In this document: piece by piece, positions 23,694 through 36,286 of the stretch
Layout of the letters: the number at the start of each line of letters is the position of its first letter
Position numbering within the stretch: the first letter of the stretch is position 1
Assembly: GCA_951406725.2 (NCBI GenBank)
Contig: OX597816.1
Coordinates: forward strand, 174,220,001 to 174,284,000
DNA from: Octopus vulgaris
Lineage: Eukaryota
DNA length: 64,000 nucleotides
Direction of reading: 5' to 3'
The notes under the pieces: model-generated
Told to the model about the DNA's origin: nothing
What the model saw: the letters and a program-made list of their open reading frames with translations, nothing else
The model's database searches: none
Position numbers and translations under genes: made by a program

Positions 23694-26320
23694 GAGCGTC
23701 TGCAACAACAAATTAAAATATTTAGATCTGACATTGAATATTTGAAAAACCTTAAGGCTCACAAGACTACCAAACCTACAAAAACCCAAAAATTACTGAA
23801 AAAATATAATATGAAAACTATACTTGATATTGATGCCACCATAGAAACCATCAAACAAAAGGTATCTGCCAAAGCTGCCCGCATAGCGAGGTATGAAAAG
23901 CGTGTTAGATTTTTCAAGGACAACAACATGTTCAAAAATAACACCAAGAATTTTTACAGGAAGATAGGAAAAACAGTGTTTACTGCAAGGTCTGTACCAT
24001 CAAAAGAAGAAGTGCAGGGATTTTGGAATAAAATCTGGGCAGAAGAAAAAACACACAACGAAAAGGCCCTCTGGATTGACAGAATATCTACAGAACTGGA
24101 CCCCTTAGAAGAGCAAAAGTGGGAGGGTGTCAAGGTAGAAGATATCAGATCTGCTCTCAAGAGGTCAAGCAAATGGAAGTCTCCAGGAAAGGATAAAATT
24201 CCTAACTTCTGGCTGAATGCCTTCCCAGAGAGCCACGAACTGCTAACAGAACTGTACAATGATGTTTTGCAACACCCTAGTAGGATGCCTCCTTTCCTGC
24301 TTCCAAAAAGTGAAGAAACAAATGAACCAAAAAACTATAGACCCATAACCTGCTTAACAACTATGTACAAAACACTAACATCTGTCCTGACGGAATATAC
24401 CTATAGTTTTTTAATAGACAGCAGCATATTCCCTAATGAACAGAAAGGATGTAAACGTGGATTCTACGGCTGTAAAGACCAACTACTCATCAATAAGATG
24501 ATCTTAGAAGATTGTCACAAACAACACAAAAACTTATCAATAGCATGGATAGACTATAAAAAGGCTTTTGATAGCCTACCACATAGCTGGATTAGGAAAT
24601 GCCTGGAAATGTATAAGATAGCACCTACTCTGTGAAACTTCTTGACTGTAAGTATGAGATCATGGAGAACCACACTAACTCTGAACAGTGACAATGAATC
24701 CCTAAATGCTGGTGATGTAAAAATTTCGTGTGGCATTTTCCAGGGTGACTCACTGTCACCACTCCTCTTTTGTTTATCCTTAATACCTCTCTCAAAGCTG
24801 CTCAATGACGCACAGTACGGGTATAAAATGTTTGATAAAAATATAAATCATCTCATTTACATGGATGATTTAAAGCTTTTTGCAAAAAATGACCAACAAC
24901 TCAAGGGCTTACTAGCGATAGTCAAACAATTCAGTGACGACATCAGAATGCAATTCGGCCTCGATAAATGTGCAAAGGCTACTTTTATCAAAGGAAAAAT
25001 GACAGAAACATCTAACGTTAACCTTGACCAGCAGAATGTCAGAAAAGAACTAGACCCAGCGGAGAGCTACAAGTACCTAGGGGTAATTGAAGGGGACGGA
25101 ATAAGGGATTCAGTGATGAAGGAAAGGACCAGGAGGACTGGATGTTAAAACTTGTCTCAAAGACTCATGAAAACAAGAAAGCATCATACTCAGTCACAAA
25201 AGAGGCAAAGGAATATCTAAGTGAATTCCGAATACAACCAATTTCGGAACTAGAGATAGACATACAAGAAACAAGCACAGAAAAAGCTAGGTGCATGAAA
25301 ACCCGTGCCAAAACTGCGGCCTTAGATATTCTGAATAATAAATGGCAAGAAAAGCCTCTCTATGGCAAATACCCAAAGAGAGCGAATAATGCAGATATCG
25401 ACAAAGCCCTGACCCATCAATGGCTAATGGCCTCTGGCTTAAAATCTGAAACAGAGGGGTTTATCATAGCAGCTCAAGATCAATGCCAACCAACAAGAAA
25501 CTACCAGGCCAACATATTAAAGAACGGCAGTAGCCCAACATGTTGTGTATGCCGACAACAAAATGAAACCATTGACCATGTTGTCTCCAAATGCAGTCTT
25601 CTAGCGCCTACAGAGTACCTCAACAGGCATGATAGAGCTGCACAATATATTCACTGGGTATTTTGCAAAAACCTGGATTTGCCCCATGAAAAAAACTGGT
25701 GGGAACACAATCCACCTCCTGTACTTGAAAATGACCACATCTCACTCCTCTGGAACTTCACCATTCAAACTGACAGGAAGATAGATGCAAATAGGCCAGA
25801 CATCATATTGAAAGACTTCAGACAAAGAACATGCCCCCTCATTGATATGACTGTCCCAATCGATATAAACGTATCTGTCAAGACTTACCAAAAACTGAGC
25901 AAATATAAAGATCTTGAAATAGAAATCAGCAAAATGTGGAAGCTGAAGACTAAAACAATACCTGTTGTCATAGGTGCCCTGGGAATGATAGCGAAAGGGA
26001 CTGATTGCTACCTAACTCAGATACCAGGAAACCCCAAAATGGCAGAAATTCAAAAGATAGTGCTCATGGGAACTGCTCATATCCTACGCAAAATACTCTC
26101 TATGTAATCCCAAGGTTTAAAAGAAACTTTTTTTTTTCTTTTTTCTTTTTTCTTTTTTTTTTCTTTTTTTTTTATGTATTAGACATTCACTAGTACAACA
26201 CCAAAAAAACACCCCCCCCCCAAATATACGGCACAGAACTTCCAACCTGTTGTCTCTTGAGGTCTCTGGGTGAGACTTGGAGCCAACTTGTACAGACATA
26301 AAGCAAAAGTCAAACATAGA
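23693..26320 (+). mobile_element. Dong/R4-like non-LTR retrotransposon (RT, CCHC, RLE); 5'-truncated with an internal deletion
   Basis: ORFs 23742-24635, 24642-25148 and 25142-26107 with NYRPITCL, WIDYKKAFDS, GIFQGDSLSP, YMDD, zinc knuckle and RPDI nuclease; flanked by (TAA)n on both sides. Confidence 0.95.
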
Positions 26321-26357
26321 ATAATAATAATAATAATAGTAATAATAATAATTTTTT

Positions 26358-26559
26358 TTTCTACTATAAGCACAAGGCTGGAAATTTTGGGAGAAGGACT
26401 AGTCAAAATCCTAGTGTTTCACTGGTACTTAATTTATCAACCCCAAAAGGATGAAAGGCAAAGCCGATCTTGACAGAATTTGAACTCAGAATGTAGTGGC
26501 AGGCAAAATACCATGAAGTATTTTTCCCAGCATGCTGACACCTCTCTCGGTTCACCGCC

Positions 26560-26560
<1 letters not shown>
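26358..26560 (-). mobile_element. SINE family B
   Basis: Similarity to 21462-21691; a further diverged copy lies at ~26760-26955. Confidence 0.8.
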
Positions 26561-26592
<32 letters not shown>

Positions 26593-26987
26593 TAAAGGAT
26601 TGAGGTAACTCCTCCTGAAGATATAGAGTCAAAATTAAAAGAAGGGTGCCATTGTTATCCAGTGAACGATATTTTGACATCTTGTTCAAATGGTTCAAAA
26701 ACTAAATTTGTCAATCTACTTCATTTTGGTTAATATATAAAGCATTGTTTCAAATTGTTGGCACAAGGCTGGCAATTTTGAGGGGAGGGATGAAGTCACT
26801 TGAATCAGTCTCAGTACTCAACTGGTGCATAATATATCAACTCTGAAATGATGAAAGGTTAGGGTTAGAATTAGGTGAAATTTGAACTCAGAACATAAAA
26901 ACCCACAAGAAATGCTACTAAGCACTTTGTCTGACATGCTAACAATTCTGTCATTAATAATAATAACAATAATAATAATAATAATAA

Positions 26988-27455
26988 TATGAGAAACCAA
27001 CCATACTCTGGGATATGTCAATACATAAAGATAGAGAAATCAAAGCCAATAGACCAGATATAGTGGTCAGAGATCACCAAGAAAAAAATGCCTTCTAACT
27101 GATGTATCAATACCAACAGGTGACAATGTGTCTCTAAAAGAAACAGAGAAACTCTCAAAATACAAAGATCCAAAAATAGAGTTAACCCAAATGTGGTGTC
27201 TAAAAACAGAAACAATCCTTATAATAATAGGCGCATTAGGTATAATTAAAAAACATTCAAACCAAAACATCAGGACTTAGAAATGTATATAACATACAGA
27301 AAATAGCACCACTAGGCACTGCACACATCCTGCGTAAAGCACTTTCAATACAGTGAAAATAAGAGCACCACAATAAACTACAGCATGTGTTCAAGGTACA
27401 CAGAGCTGCACTTGGAAGTGCAGTGAAAGCATGTGATAAAAATAAAACTACTAAA
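26988..27455 (+). mobile_element. Dong/R4-like LINE 3' end (same family as 9112-10110)
   Basis: Aligns with ~9640-10110 (ILWDM, ANRPDIVVRDH, shared 3' UTR); flanked by (TAA)n. Confidence 0.9.
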
Positions 27456-27469
27456 TAATAATAATAATG

Positions 27470-28049
27470 ACTTCTTTAGCATTAGTAGGGCTTCTCCCCA
27501 GTACAAAGCCCATATTTCATCTAATCTGATTCTGCTCCTAATTGACTGGGCTATAACTTTTCCATAACTTTTATGAACTTGTCCAGTGACTTGATGCCTC
27601 TGATATTACTTCTATCTAAGGCATCTTCCTTGCCCTTGTAGCAGCTGACTATAATGCTGTCACCCATGTAGTTAATAACCTGCTTAACTATATGGGTGAC
27701 CGAACTGTATCCTACTCTGCCAGATATTTTAAGTATTTCAGTGGTAACTTCTGAGAGACCAATGGTTTTCCCTTTCTTCATATCCTTAATTGCCTTACTG
27801 TCAACTTGAATAGCTGGCCTCTCTGTTGGGTTCACATAGGGAAGACTCTCTTTCTCCCATTCATTCTCCACATTTAATAGATTTTCACAGTAACGCTTCC
27901 ACATCTCTTTCTTTCCAGAGTTACTAAGTGCAAGCATACCATTATCCATCTGTGCACACTTCTCAGCCACAACATCTAATTCTCTTTGATACACTGTCAA
28001 GCAATCCGGAACACCTCAAGTCTTTCATCTTCAAACTGTAAGACATTGG
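27470..28049 (-). mobile_element. RTE-clade LINE fragment, continuing at ~31978-32050 beyond the Gypsy insertion
   Basis: LLNVENEWE, KAIKDMKKGK and IIVSCYKGKEDALDRSNIRGIKSL motifs. Confidence 0.85.
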
Positions 28050-31000
28050 TGTGGGAAGATGTCAGCGGCTGGAGAGCTGACTGGAAGAGAAAGGGCGCAC
28101 AGGTGACATGCGTACAGGCGGGGGAAGATTGCGCCCTTATTTGATTGGGGAAGCCGTGAGTGCAGGACATGTCTGCTTTGTTGAGGTGAGGGAAAGCAGC
28201 TGCTATTTTTAGCGTTTTGGGATGGGCCACATGGAAGAATTTGCGTCAACAAAGAGAAGGTAGGTGTCTTACATGTAATCTCCCGCATTCACTACAAGCT
28301 ATTTCAGGGCTCCACATAAGACGTCACCACAATGACAGCTAAAATTAGGATCGCCAGTGACGTTATCAGGCCCTTTAATGGTGAGGGCGATGTAGTGGCC
28401 TAGATGCATAAAATCAGGCTTGTGGCGAGATTCCAAGGCATTAGCGACAAGGCAAGCCTTATGGCACTATATTTGAAAAGGAGCACATTGACTAGAGTAC
28501 ATCTCTAGATGGACGAAGAAGGACTGAGTGAGGAGAAGATTGAGCAACGTCTGAGAGAGGCTTACACTGAGTGTGAATATACAGCCTTTGTTAAGCTGGG
28601 AATGATTAGATGGACGGGAGAGCAGGAAGATGAATACAGGTCAGAGGTGCATAGGCTGGCCACAGTGGCTGGATTTACAGGAGAAGGCCTGGACAGAGCA
28701 GCACAACTGGCATTCGTGAGTGGGTTCCCTGACGATGTAAGGATTCAATTGCAGCAATTGCCTGGGGTCAAAAAGATAGCACTGAGCGAACTTGTAGCTC
28801 AAGCTTGTGTGTTGACGTGAAACACTGGATGGAAGGAGATAGTGATGGTGGTAACGGAAGCACATAATGATGGACGATGGCCAGAGAAAGATGTGAAGAA
28901 GCCTACCGTGCAATGACAGTGGCTGTTCTGAGGCCGGTGTTTTAAATGTCAGGGCCGCACATGGTGAGGTAGTGTACACAACCAGGGCCCATCTGCTATC
29001 AATGCAGGCAGTCAGGGCACATCGCCCGTGATTGTGACCAGAGAAATGATTATGGGGAAGTTGCTGCCTCTTGAACTTTCCCCCACAAACGAGTAGAGGT
29101 GCTTGTGGAGACACTGCTCGTAATTGATGTCAAAGCCGAGGGTAAGATGTTCAAGGCCCTTGTGGATACGGGTTGCACAACCACCCTCATGGTGCGACAC
29201 TAAGGCTGCAGGTAATCATGATCAAACATGTGATAGATGGGGTTGATGTGGTGGTATCAGGATTGCAGGAGATGAGGTCATGTTTGGAAGTGTGGGGGCG
29301 TTGTGCACTGTGAGTCAGGATCACCAGAGAGAGCAGAGTTCCATGAGGGACTGCACCACTTAAACCATTGAGGACAAGGATTTTCAGGTGGCGTTCGATG
29401 GTTGGTGGTGAACGATAGAGTGGTGATGGAAAGACAAGCCCCCGATGCTGAAGAACAGGGTGAGCTGCTACCAGCATACCCTGAAAAGTCACACCAGGGT
29501 TGAGTTCAAAGATGAGGTAGAGAGATGGATCAAGGAAGAAATCCTTATCCTATGGAAGGAGGAGGTGGTGCAGAAAATGAAGGGAAAAGTCAGACCGGTG
29601 CTGGACTTTAGAGAACTGAACGACCATATATTGTGCCACACAGGAGGTAAGGTGACGGACGTTTGCAGTGAGACATTACATGTGTGGAGACAGTCGATCA
29701 AAGCAGCAATGATTGTTGACTTGAAGTTGGCATATTTAACAAACTGTGACGATATTAGCTGGTGCAGTACAAGGGCCAGACATACTGCTTAACCAGGCTG
29801 GGTTTCGGACTGAATTCCACTCCAAAGATCATGGCGATGGTGCTCAAGTTCATCCTAGGGAAAGAGGACAAGATAAGAAAGGCCACCAGTTCCTACACAA
29901 ATGACATTTTGGTGGATGAGACTGTAGTGCCAGCCACTGAGGTAGTGAGACATCTGGAGAAGTTCGGACTGATTGCGAAGCCACAGGAGTTGATGGCGGG
30001 GGGAGCTGTGCTGGGACTGAAGCTACGAAGAGATAGATCGGGTGAGTTGGTGTTCCAGAGAGAAAATGAAATCCCAAAGCTGAGTTCCAGCATCAGCAGG
30101 AGAGAGCTGTTCTTGGTGTGTGGGTAGCTGGTTGGTCACTACCCAATTGCTGGATGGCTGTGCACAGCATGCAGTTACACCAAGAGACGAGCAGAGGGGG
30201 AAGAGTTGGGGTGACAAGGTGGGAGGGGATGGTGGTGATGATGTGGGAAATCCTAGAGAGGATGGGAAATGGAAATGCCCAAGATGGAATGCTGGACCAT
30301 TTGGTGTGATGCTAGCAGTATAATGATAGGGGTTGTGCTGGAGATCGAAGGCGCTGAGGTGGAGGACGTGGCCTGGCTTTGGAAAGCAGATGACTTTAAC
30401 TACATCAATGTCGCCAAATTTGATGCAGTGCTGAAGGGGCTGAATGGCCCAGAAATGGGGGTGGTGCTCAATTGAAATCAGGATGAATTCAGCCACTATG
30501 CTTGGCTGGGTAGGATCAGTGATCACCAGTGAGAGGAGAGTTCAGACGAAAGGTTCCGCGGAGATGTTGGTGAAGCACCACTTATGAATTCTAGGAGAGC
30601 TGATTGCTGAGTTTGGACTGAAGCTGTACATGGTTACCATGCCTTCAGAGAGAAACAGAGCAGACACACTGACCAGGGTGAAGAAGGCATGGTTGGAGGA
30701 GCCGGAGGAGGCAAAGAAAGGGATAGCTGTGGCGTGTCGGTTGAGTGACTCCGAACTGAAGAGACTACATGCTATGCATCACTTCGGGTTGGATAGGACC
30801 TTGTATCTCACGAAGATGATTGATGCTGACGTCGTTAGTAGAAGCATCCAGAAAGTGGTCGGGAGCTGTGACAGGTGCCAGTCCATTGACCCTGCTTTGT
30901 GTAGGCATGAGCAAGGAAACCTTTCAGTAGAGCACAACTGGAAAAGGTTAGCTGTGGATGTGATGCACTGCTGTCAGGGAATGTATCTCTCCATGGTCGA

Positions 31001-31972
31001 CTGCAGGCTGGATAGCCATTTGGAGGGAGTTGAGGACGTGCATTGCTGATGAGATTGCACAGATTTTGAATGGGATATTTTTAGAGAGGGGGCCCATGGA
31101 AGAACTGCTAATGGACAACGGGGTGGTGTTTCATTTGGAAGTGTTGAGAGATATGCTTGACCGGTGGAAAGTGCGTCACTTATTCAAAGCAGCGTATAGG
31201 CCGAGTGGTAACGGAATCGTAGAGAGGCACCATCGGACAATCAAGGCCATGGTGGAAAGAGGATACATTTTGCCACTGGAAGCCGTTTTCTGGTATAACA
31301 TGTCTCTCTGATCTGGACAAACTGAAGAATCTGTGCCACACAGAGCAGTATTTAAATACGAATGGAGACATCCCAGTAAAGCACCGGAGTGACACGAGGA
31401 AGAGAAGGAACCTGCTTGCATGAAAATAGGGGAGGAAGTTAGGGTTAAGCCAACAAAGGCATGCTGTACGTCTCATTAAAACAAAGGAACAGTGACGGCG
31501 GTCAATTCCAGAAACAACATCTCCGTGGATGGAATGCCACATCATGTTTTGGACCTCCACAGGATTGTCGTTTCATTGGATGATGATTGTGGAGAGGAGG
31601 AGAACGAAGTGCCAAGCTTGAGGAGATCTCGACACATAAGGCGCCCACTCGTTTGGATGGTGGATTCGACGTAGAGTAGGAGGGGGGTGATCTTTAAGAT
31701 CAGGGTGGCATGTGGAATGATGTCAGCAGCTGGGGAGCTAACCAGAAGAGGAAGGGCACGCAGGTGACGCATGCACAGGTGAGGGAAGATTGCACCATTT
31801 TTCAATTAGGGGAGCCACGAGTGCAGGACGTGTCATTGCTTCATCGAGGTGAGGGAAAGCAGCTGCTATTTTTAGCGTTTTGGGACAGGCCACATGGAAG
31901 GATACGTTACCACCCAACAGGTTTGTGTCAACAAAGAGAAGGTAGGTGTCTTACATTCCCACATTCACTACA
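28050..31972 (+). mobile_element. Gypsy/Ty3 LTR retrotransposon 1, full length (3923 bp), decayed
   Basis: LTRs 28050-28296 and 31711-31972 (TG..CA) with 5-bp TSD ATTGG; gag, protease ALVDTGC, RT RLGFGL, RNase H WCDAS and integrase HHCC plus LLMDNG/NGIVERHHRTIK in Gypsy order; purine tract before the 3' LTR. Confidence 0.96.
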
Positions 31973-33231
31973 ATTGGTAAACCTCTTTCTGCCCTTGCTA
32001 GATAAACCTGTCACCTAGCTTCCCTCTTGACTACTTGATAAAACTCTTTGCTGCCTCCGTTTTTTCTGTCTTTTCAACCCTATCTCTTATTTCACATTCT
32101 CTTGATTTGTCAGTTTATTGCAACAAATACTGTATCTCTCACTCTCTGCCATATATTTATATTAAGGAGTAAAAATTCTATATTATTTGGGTATACTATT
32201 TGGAGATTAGCATTTATATCATTTATCTGTCCTTTCCAGTTTATACTTGTCAAAATATTCAGTGGACTATCCATGCAACATTATCACAATGCTTCGTATC
32301 TGTGTTGAGGTAAGTGGCAGCATTCTCTGTTTTGGAAAGATTCAGTCATTTTGTCTTTATGGAATTCAATAAAGTTTTTTTGTAAAATTATTTTTTATGA
32401 ACCTGTTCTTGCTCTCTAAATTTTTAGTAACAACCCAATTTATCCATGCTTATATGTTCATTCATCTCTCTGAAGAAAATGGCCATAGGTCAAAACAGCC
32501 TGGTAGCCTCTATGGGGTAACTTGACCTTCTAGAAATAGTAGCAGAATTCTTCTCAAATCATGCTTTACTAAGCAAGGAAAGAACATGTAGCGAATAAAA
32601 AGATTGTGTAGGGATAACAACAAAGAGGAATTACATTAAATTTTTCCCTTTATTTCTTATATACAAACATAGAAAACTCTTCCTCTCTTGGTAAAACAAA
32701 TCAATGGTGATAACACTGTACACAATTTGAGAATATATGTAAAATTGGACAGAGTTCAAACATGATAAATGTAACGGATCTTAATTCACAAACAACAATC
32801 AAAGCAAATTTACATAAATGTTTTTGTGAGACTCAGTGTAGTTATTCTCGTGTTTTACAGTCAACTGGATAATGCATGTAGAAAGAGATGTTCAAACAGA
32901 CATTTTTGTTTCTTTGTAAAGCCAATTAAATAATATACTGTATAAATATACGTGTGTGTGTGTGTATGTGTGTGCATGTGCGTGTGTGCGTGCGTGCGTG
33001 CGTGTGTGTGTGCGCGTGTGTGCATGTGTGTGCATGTGTGTGTGTTTAAGTGTCTTGCAAATTGTACTGTTTCCTTTTTATTGTTCCTCATGTGGTGCCT
33101 GCAGATCATGGCACTGAAGCAGAAGAGAGAAAAGTTAACCTTACATATTTATCAAAGTGGTCCCTATAGATATCACCAAAAATTTCACTTGAGACAGTTG
33201 AAAGAAAATTTATTCTGTTCCGTGTTCTCAA

Positions 33232-33459
33232 ATGTGGCCTGTTCCAAAATGCTAAAAATAGCAGCTGCTTTCCCTCACCTCGATGAAGCACTGACACGTC
33301 CTGCACTCATGGCTCCCCCAATTGAAAAATGGTGCAATCTTCCCTCACCTGTGCATGCGTCACCTGCGTGCTCTTCCTCTTCTGGTTAGCTCCCCAGCTG
33401 CTGACATCATTCCACATGCCACCCTGATCTTAAAGATCACCCCCCCTCCTACTCTACGT
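33232..33459 (-). repeat. Inverted ~228-bp copy of the Gypsy-1 PPT/3' LTR junction
   Basis: Reverse complement of 31669-31895 with 6 substitutions and 1 indel. Confidence 0.95.
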
Positions 33460-33912
33460 GTTCCATGTTCTTTATTGTTTCTGTTGGGAAGAAAAAAAAG
33501 AGCTGGGAACTTCAGCCGCTAACTTGTCTAATGCTCAGTGAATGAAACAAAAGAAGGCAGTCCGCAGCAAACAGTTTGATTTTTAGAGGGTTTTTAGCCC
33601 ACTAATTTAATATAATGTTCAGTCATTCTTCGATAGCTATTAGAATCAATCCAGTGAGGAACAGCAACTTGTGTGAGATTGTGAAGACTTCATGTACCTA
33701 AGAAATTTATTCTGATATAGGATGAGAGCATTTATACAGCATGTACATTATCATTCAATAAAACAGAAGGGAATTTGAATAAGGGAATGTTTTCGTCTTG
33801 CCATATTCCATGATTAGTGAAGTGGAGTGAAGAAGATTCAATCACCAAAAGGTTGACTCATAGCTGGAATAGAGATGGAGAACACCATAGCTAGTTGCAG
33901 GCAGTGTGCACA

Positions 33913-34128
33913 CAGTCCCATGACTTTCGGAAACATTTTTTCACGCTCAGAGTTGCTGAAGCATGGAATAAACTGCCTGCGTCAGTTGTTGACTGCCATG
34001 ACACTGCATCCTTTAAGGCCCTCATGCTTTCCGAAATCCGCCGAAACTACACCTGATTATACATACACTTTAGATGAGTTGTAGTGCACCTGAGCACTGT
34101 ACACAATGTTTTTATTATTATTATTATA
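33913..34128 (+). mobile_element. CR1-group LINE 3' end
   Basis: HDFRKHFFTLRVAEAWNKLPASVV followed by a short 3' UTR and (TTA)n tail. Confidence 0.8.
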
Positions 34129-35044
34129 TAGAAAGAGAAAGAGAGTGTGACCTGTCCAAGCAGGCCTTTTTATAGCTAGGCAACAAGTGCCATTTAGTTG
34201 CTAGCAATGCGACAGGGGAGATAATTATAGCTGATTGCCATTGAAACCTGATGTCACTGATTCAAATAGATTGCCTACAGATTTCTCTTTAAACAATTAA
34301 AAGGTTGCTCACAGTTTACTTGTTTCTGATTAGTAGAAAAATAACATGTAGCAAAATAGTGAATCTGTCCATAGCCAAATGGATTTATTACAGACACAAT
34401 CTGTAATGTTGTTCTACATAGCTTTAGAAAGACTGATCACAGCTGGAATGTCTTTCCTCAATCAAGGTTGACATAGAGTTAAAGAGCATTAGCTGTCCAT
34501 ATATTTTTCTTTTCTAAATCTCTGTATTTGTTTTCAAGATATCTTTTCTTAAATTTTGCTGCCATATTCTTCAACCTTAAATCTATTCTAGCTTAACTAA
34601 CATTTTCCTACAGCACTTTTACATTATTCTTTACGTAACATACTTCAATATTTTCCTTAAGATTCCTTACATTCTTCACAATAAAGTAATCCCTTCACAT
34701 TTTATTATTTAAAAAAAAATTTTTTACGGAATGTAAACTAACACTCTCTTCTTTATTCCATTTTAGCAATCCTCAAGTTTATTTCAAAAGATGTGTAGCC
34801 CATGCAATGATGAAAAGAGACTGTTTGTCATTTAGAATTAAGCACCAAAAGTAAAAGAGTCATGCTTTTATCCTGGAAGATTTTTATACTCCATAATAAG
34901 ATAATTTTGTTTTCCATTTATTTATACTCTTTGCAATAACTTTCTTTACTCTCTTTTATTTCTATTATCTCCGAACATTTCATTATCCTAAAATGAGGGT
35001 TTATGTCACAAGATGTCATTATGATTCATGCCATTGTGAGGTAT

Positions 35045-35422
35045 ACTCTTTTACTTGTTTCAGTCATTTGACTGCAGCCATGCTGGAGCACCGCCTTTAA
35101 TCGAGCAACTCGACCCCGGGACTTATTCTTTGTAAGCCCAGTACTTATTCTATCGGTCTCTTTTGCCGAACCGCTAAGTGACGGGGACATAAACACACCA
35201 GCATCGGTTGTCAAGCAATGCTAGGGGGACAAACACGCATATATGTATATACATATATACGACGGGCTTCTTTCAGTTTCCGTCTACCAAATCCACTCAC
35301 AAGGCTTTGGTCGGCCCGAGGCTATAGTAGAAGACACTTGCCCAAGGTTCCACGCAGTGGGACTGAACCCGGAACCATGTGGTTGGTTAGCAAGCTACTT
35401 ACCACACAGCCACTCCTGCACC
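35045..35422 (-). mobile_element. SINE family A, full length
   Basis: High similarity to 4249-4660. Confidence 0.9.
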
Positions 35423-35538
35423 TATGTATGCATATTTCTTGGATTTATGGAACACAAATTTATCAGAAATTGGTCGTTTGCATCTTTACTCTTACTTAAG
35501 AATGTTTTCTATTCTACTGGTAACATAACATAACTATC

Positions 35539-35622
35539 AACTATCATTTGTTTAGTATCTGTCAATTGTCTACTACACTGAACTATCATTTGTTTAGTAT
35601 CTGTCAATTGTCTACTACACTG
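35539..35622. repeat. Perfect 42-bp tandem duplication
   Basis: AACTATCATTTGTTTAGTATCTGTCAATTGTCTACTACACTG twice. Confidence 0.95.
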
Positions 35623-35649
35623 CCTTTCCTTCTTTGCTCACTAAAACTC

Positions 35650-36112
35650 TGCTTGTGAAGACCTGTTGAGGCAAATGAAATCAAATCAATCAAAAGCAAA
35701 ATCAAAATCAAATTCGATGACTGACGTCCATGGGCAGGGTGCAAAGAGCACCATACGAGTGTGATCATTGCCAGAGCAGCCAACTGGCTTCTGTGCCAGT
35801 GGCACGAAAAAGGGTCACCATTCGAGTGTGATCATTACCAAAGTCGCCTTACTGGCACCTGTGCTGTGTAAAAGGATTCGAGCGAGGTCATTGCCAGTAC
35901 CGCCTGACTGGCCCCCGTGCCGGTGGCACATAAAAAGCACCCACTACACTCTCGGAGTGGTCGGCATTAGGAAGGGCATCAAGCTGTAGAAACTCTGCCA
36001 AATCAAGATTGGAGCCTGGTGCAACCATCTGGTTCATCAGCCCTCAGTCAAAATCGTCCAACCCATGCTAGCATGGAAAGCGGACGTTAAACGATGATGA
36101 TGATGATGATGA
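35650..36112 (+). mobile_element. SINE-like family C, long copy
   Basis: GTGAAGACCTGTT segment shared with 3150, about four internal units and a (GAT)n tail. Confidence 0.8.
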
Positions 36113-36286
36113 CTGCCTTTGGATTGTTCAAGCATACACAGTCTATTCTACTAAATGTTCTCTACCATATTGATAGCATTCAATTATTTGTGGCAGCCAG
36201 TCAGTTTTTAAGACCAATACACTTGTAATCTTCAGTACTATTTACAGTGAGGGATTTTACTTCAACATATTTTCATCTGCTCTTCT

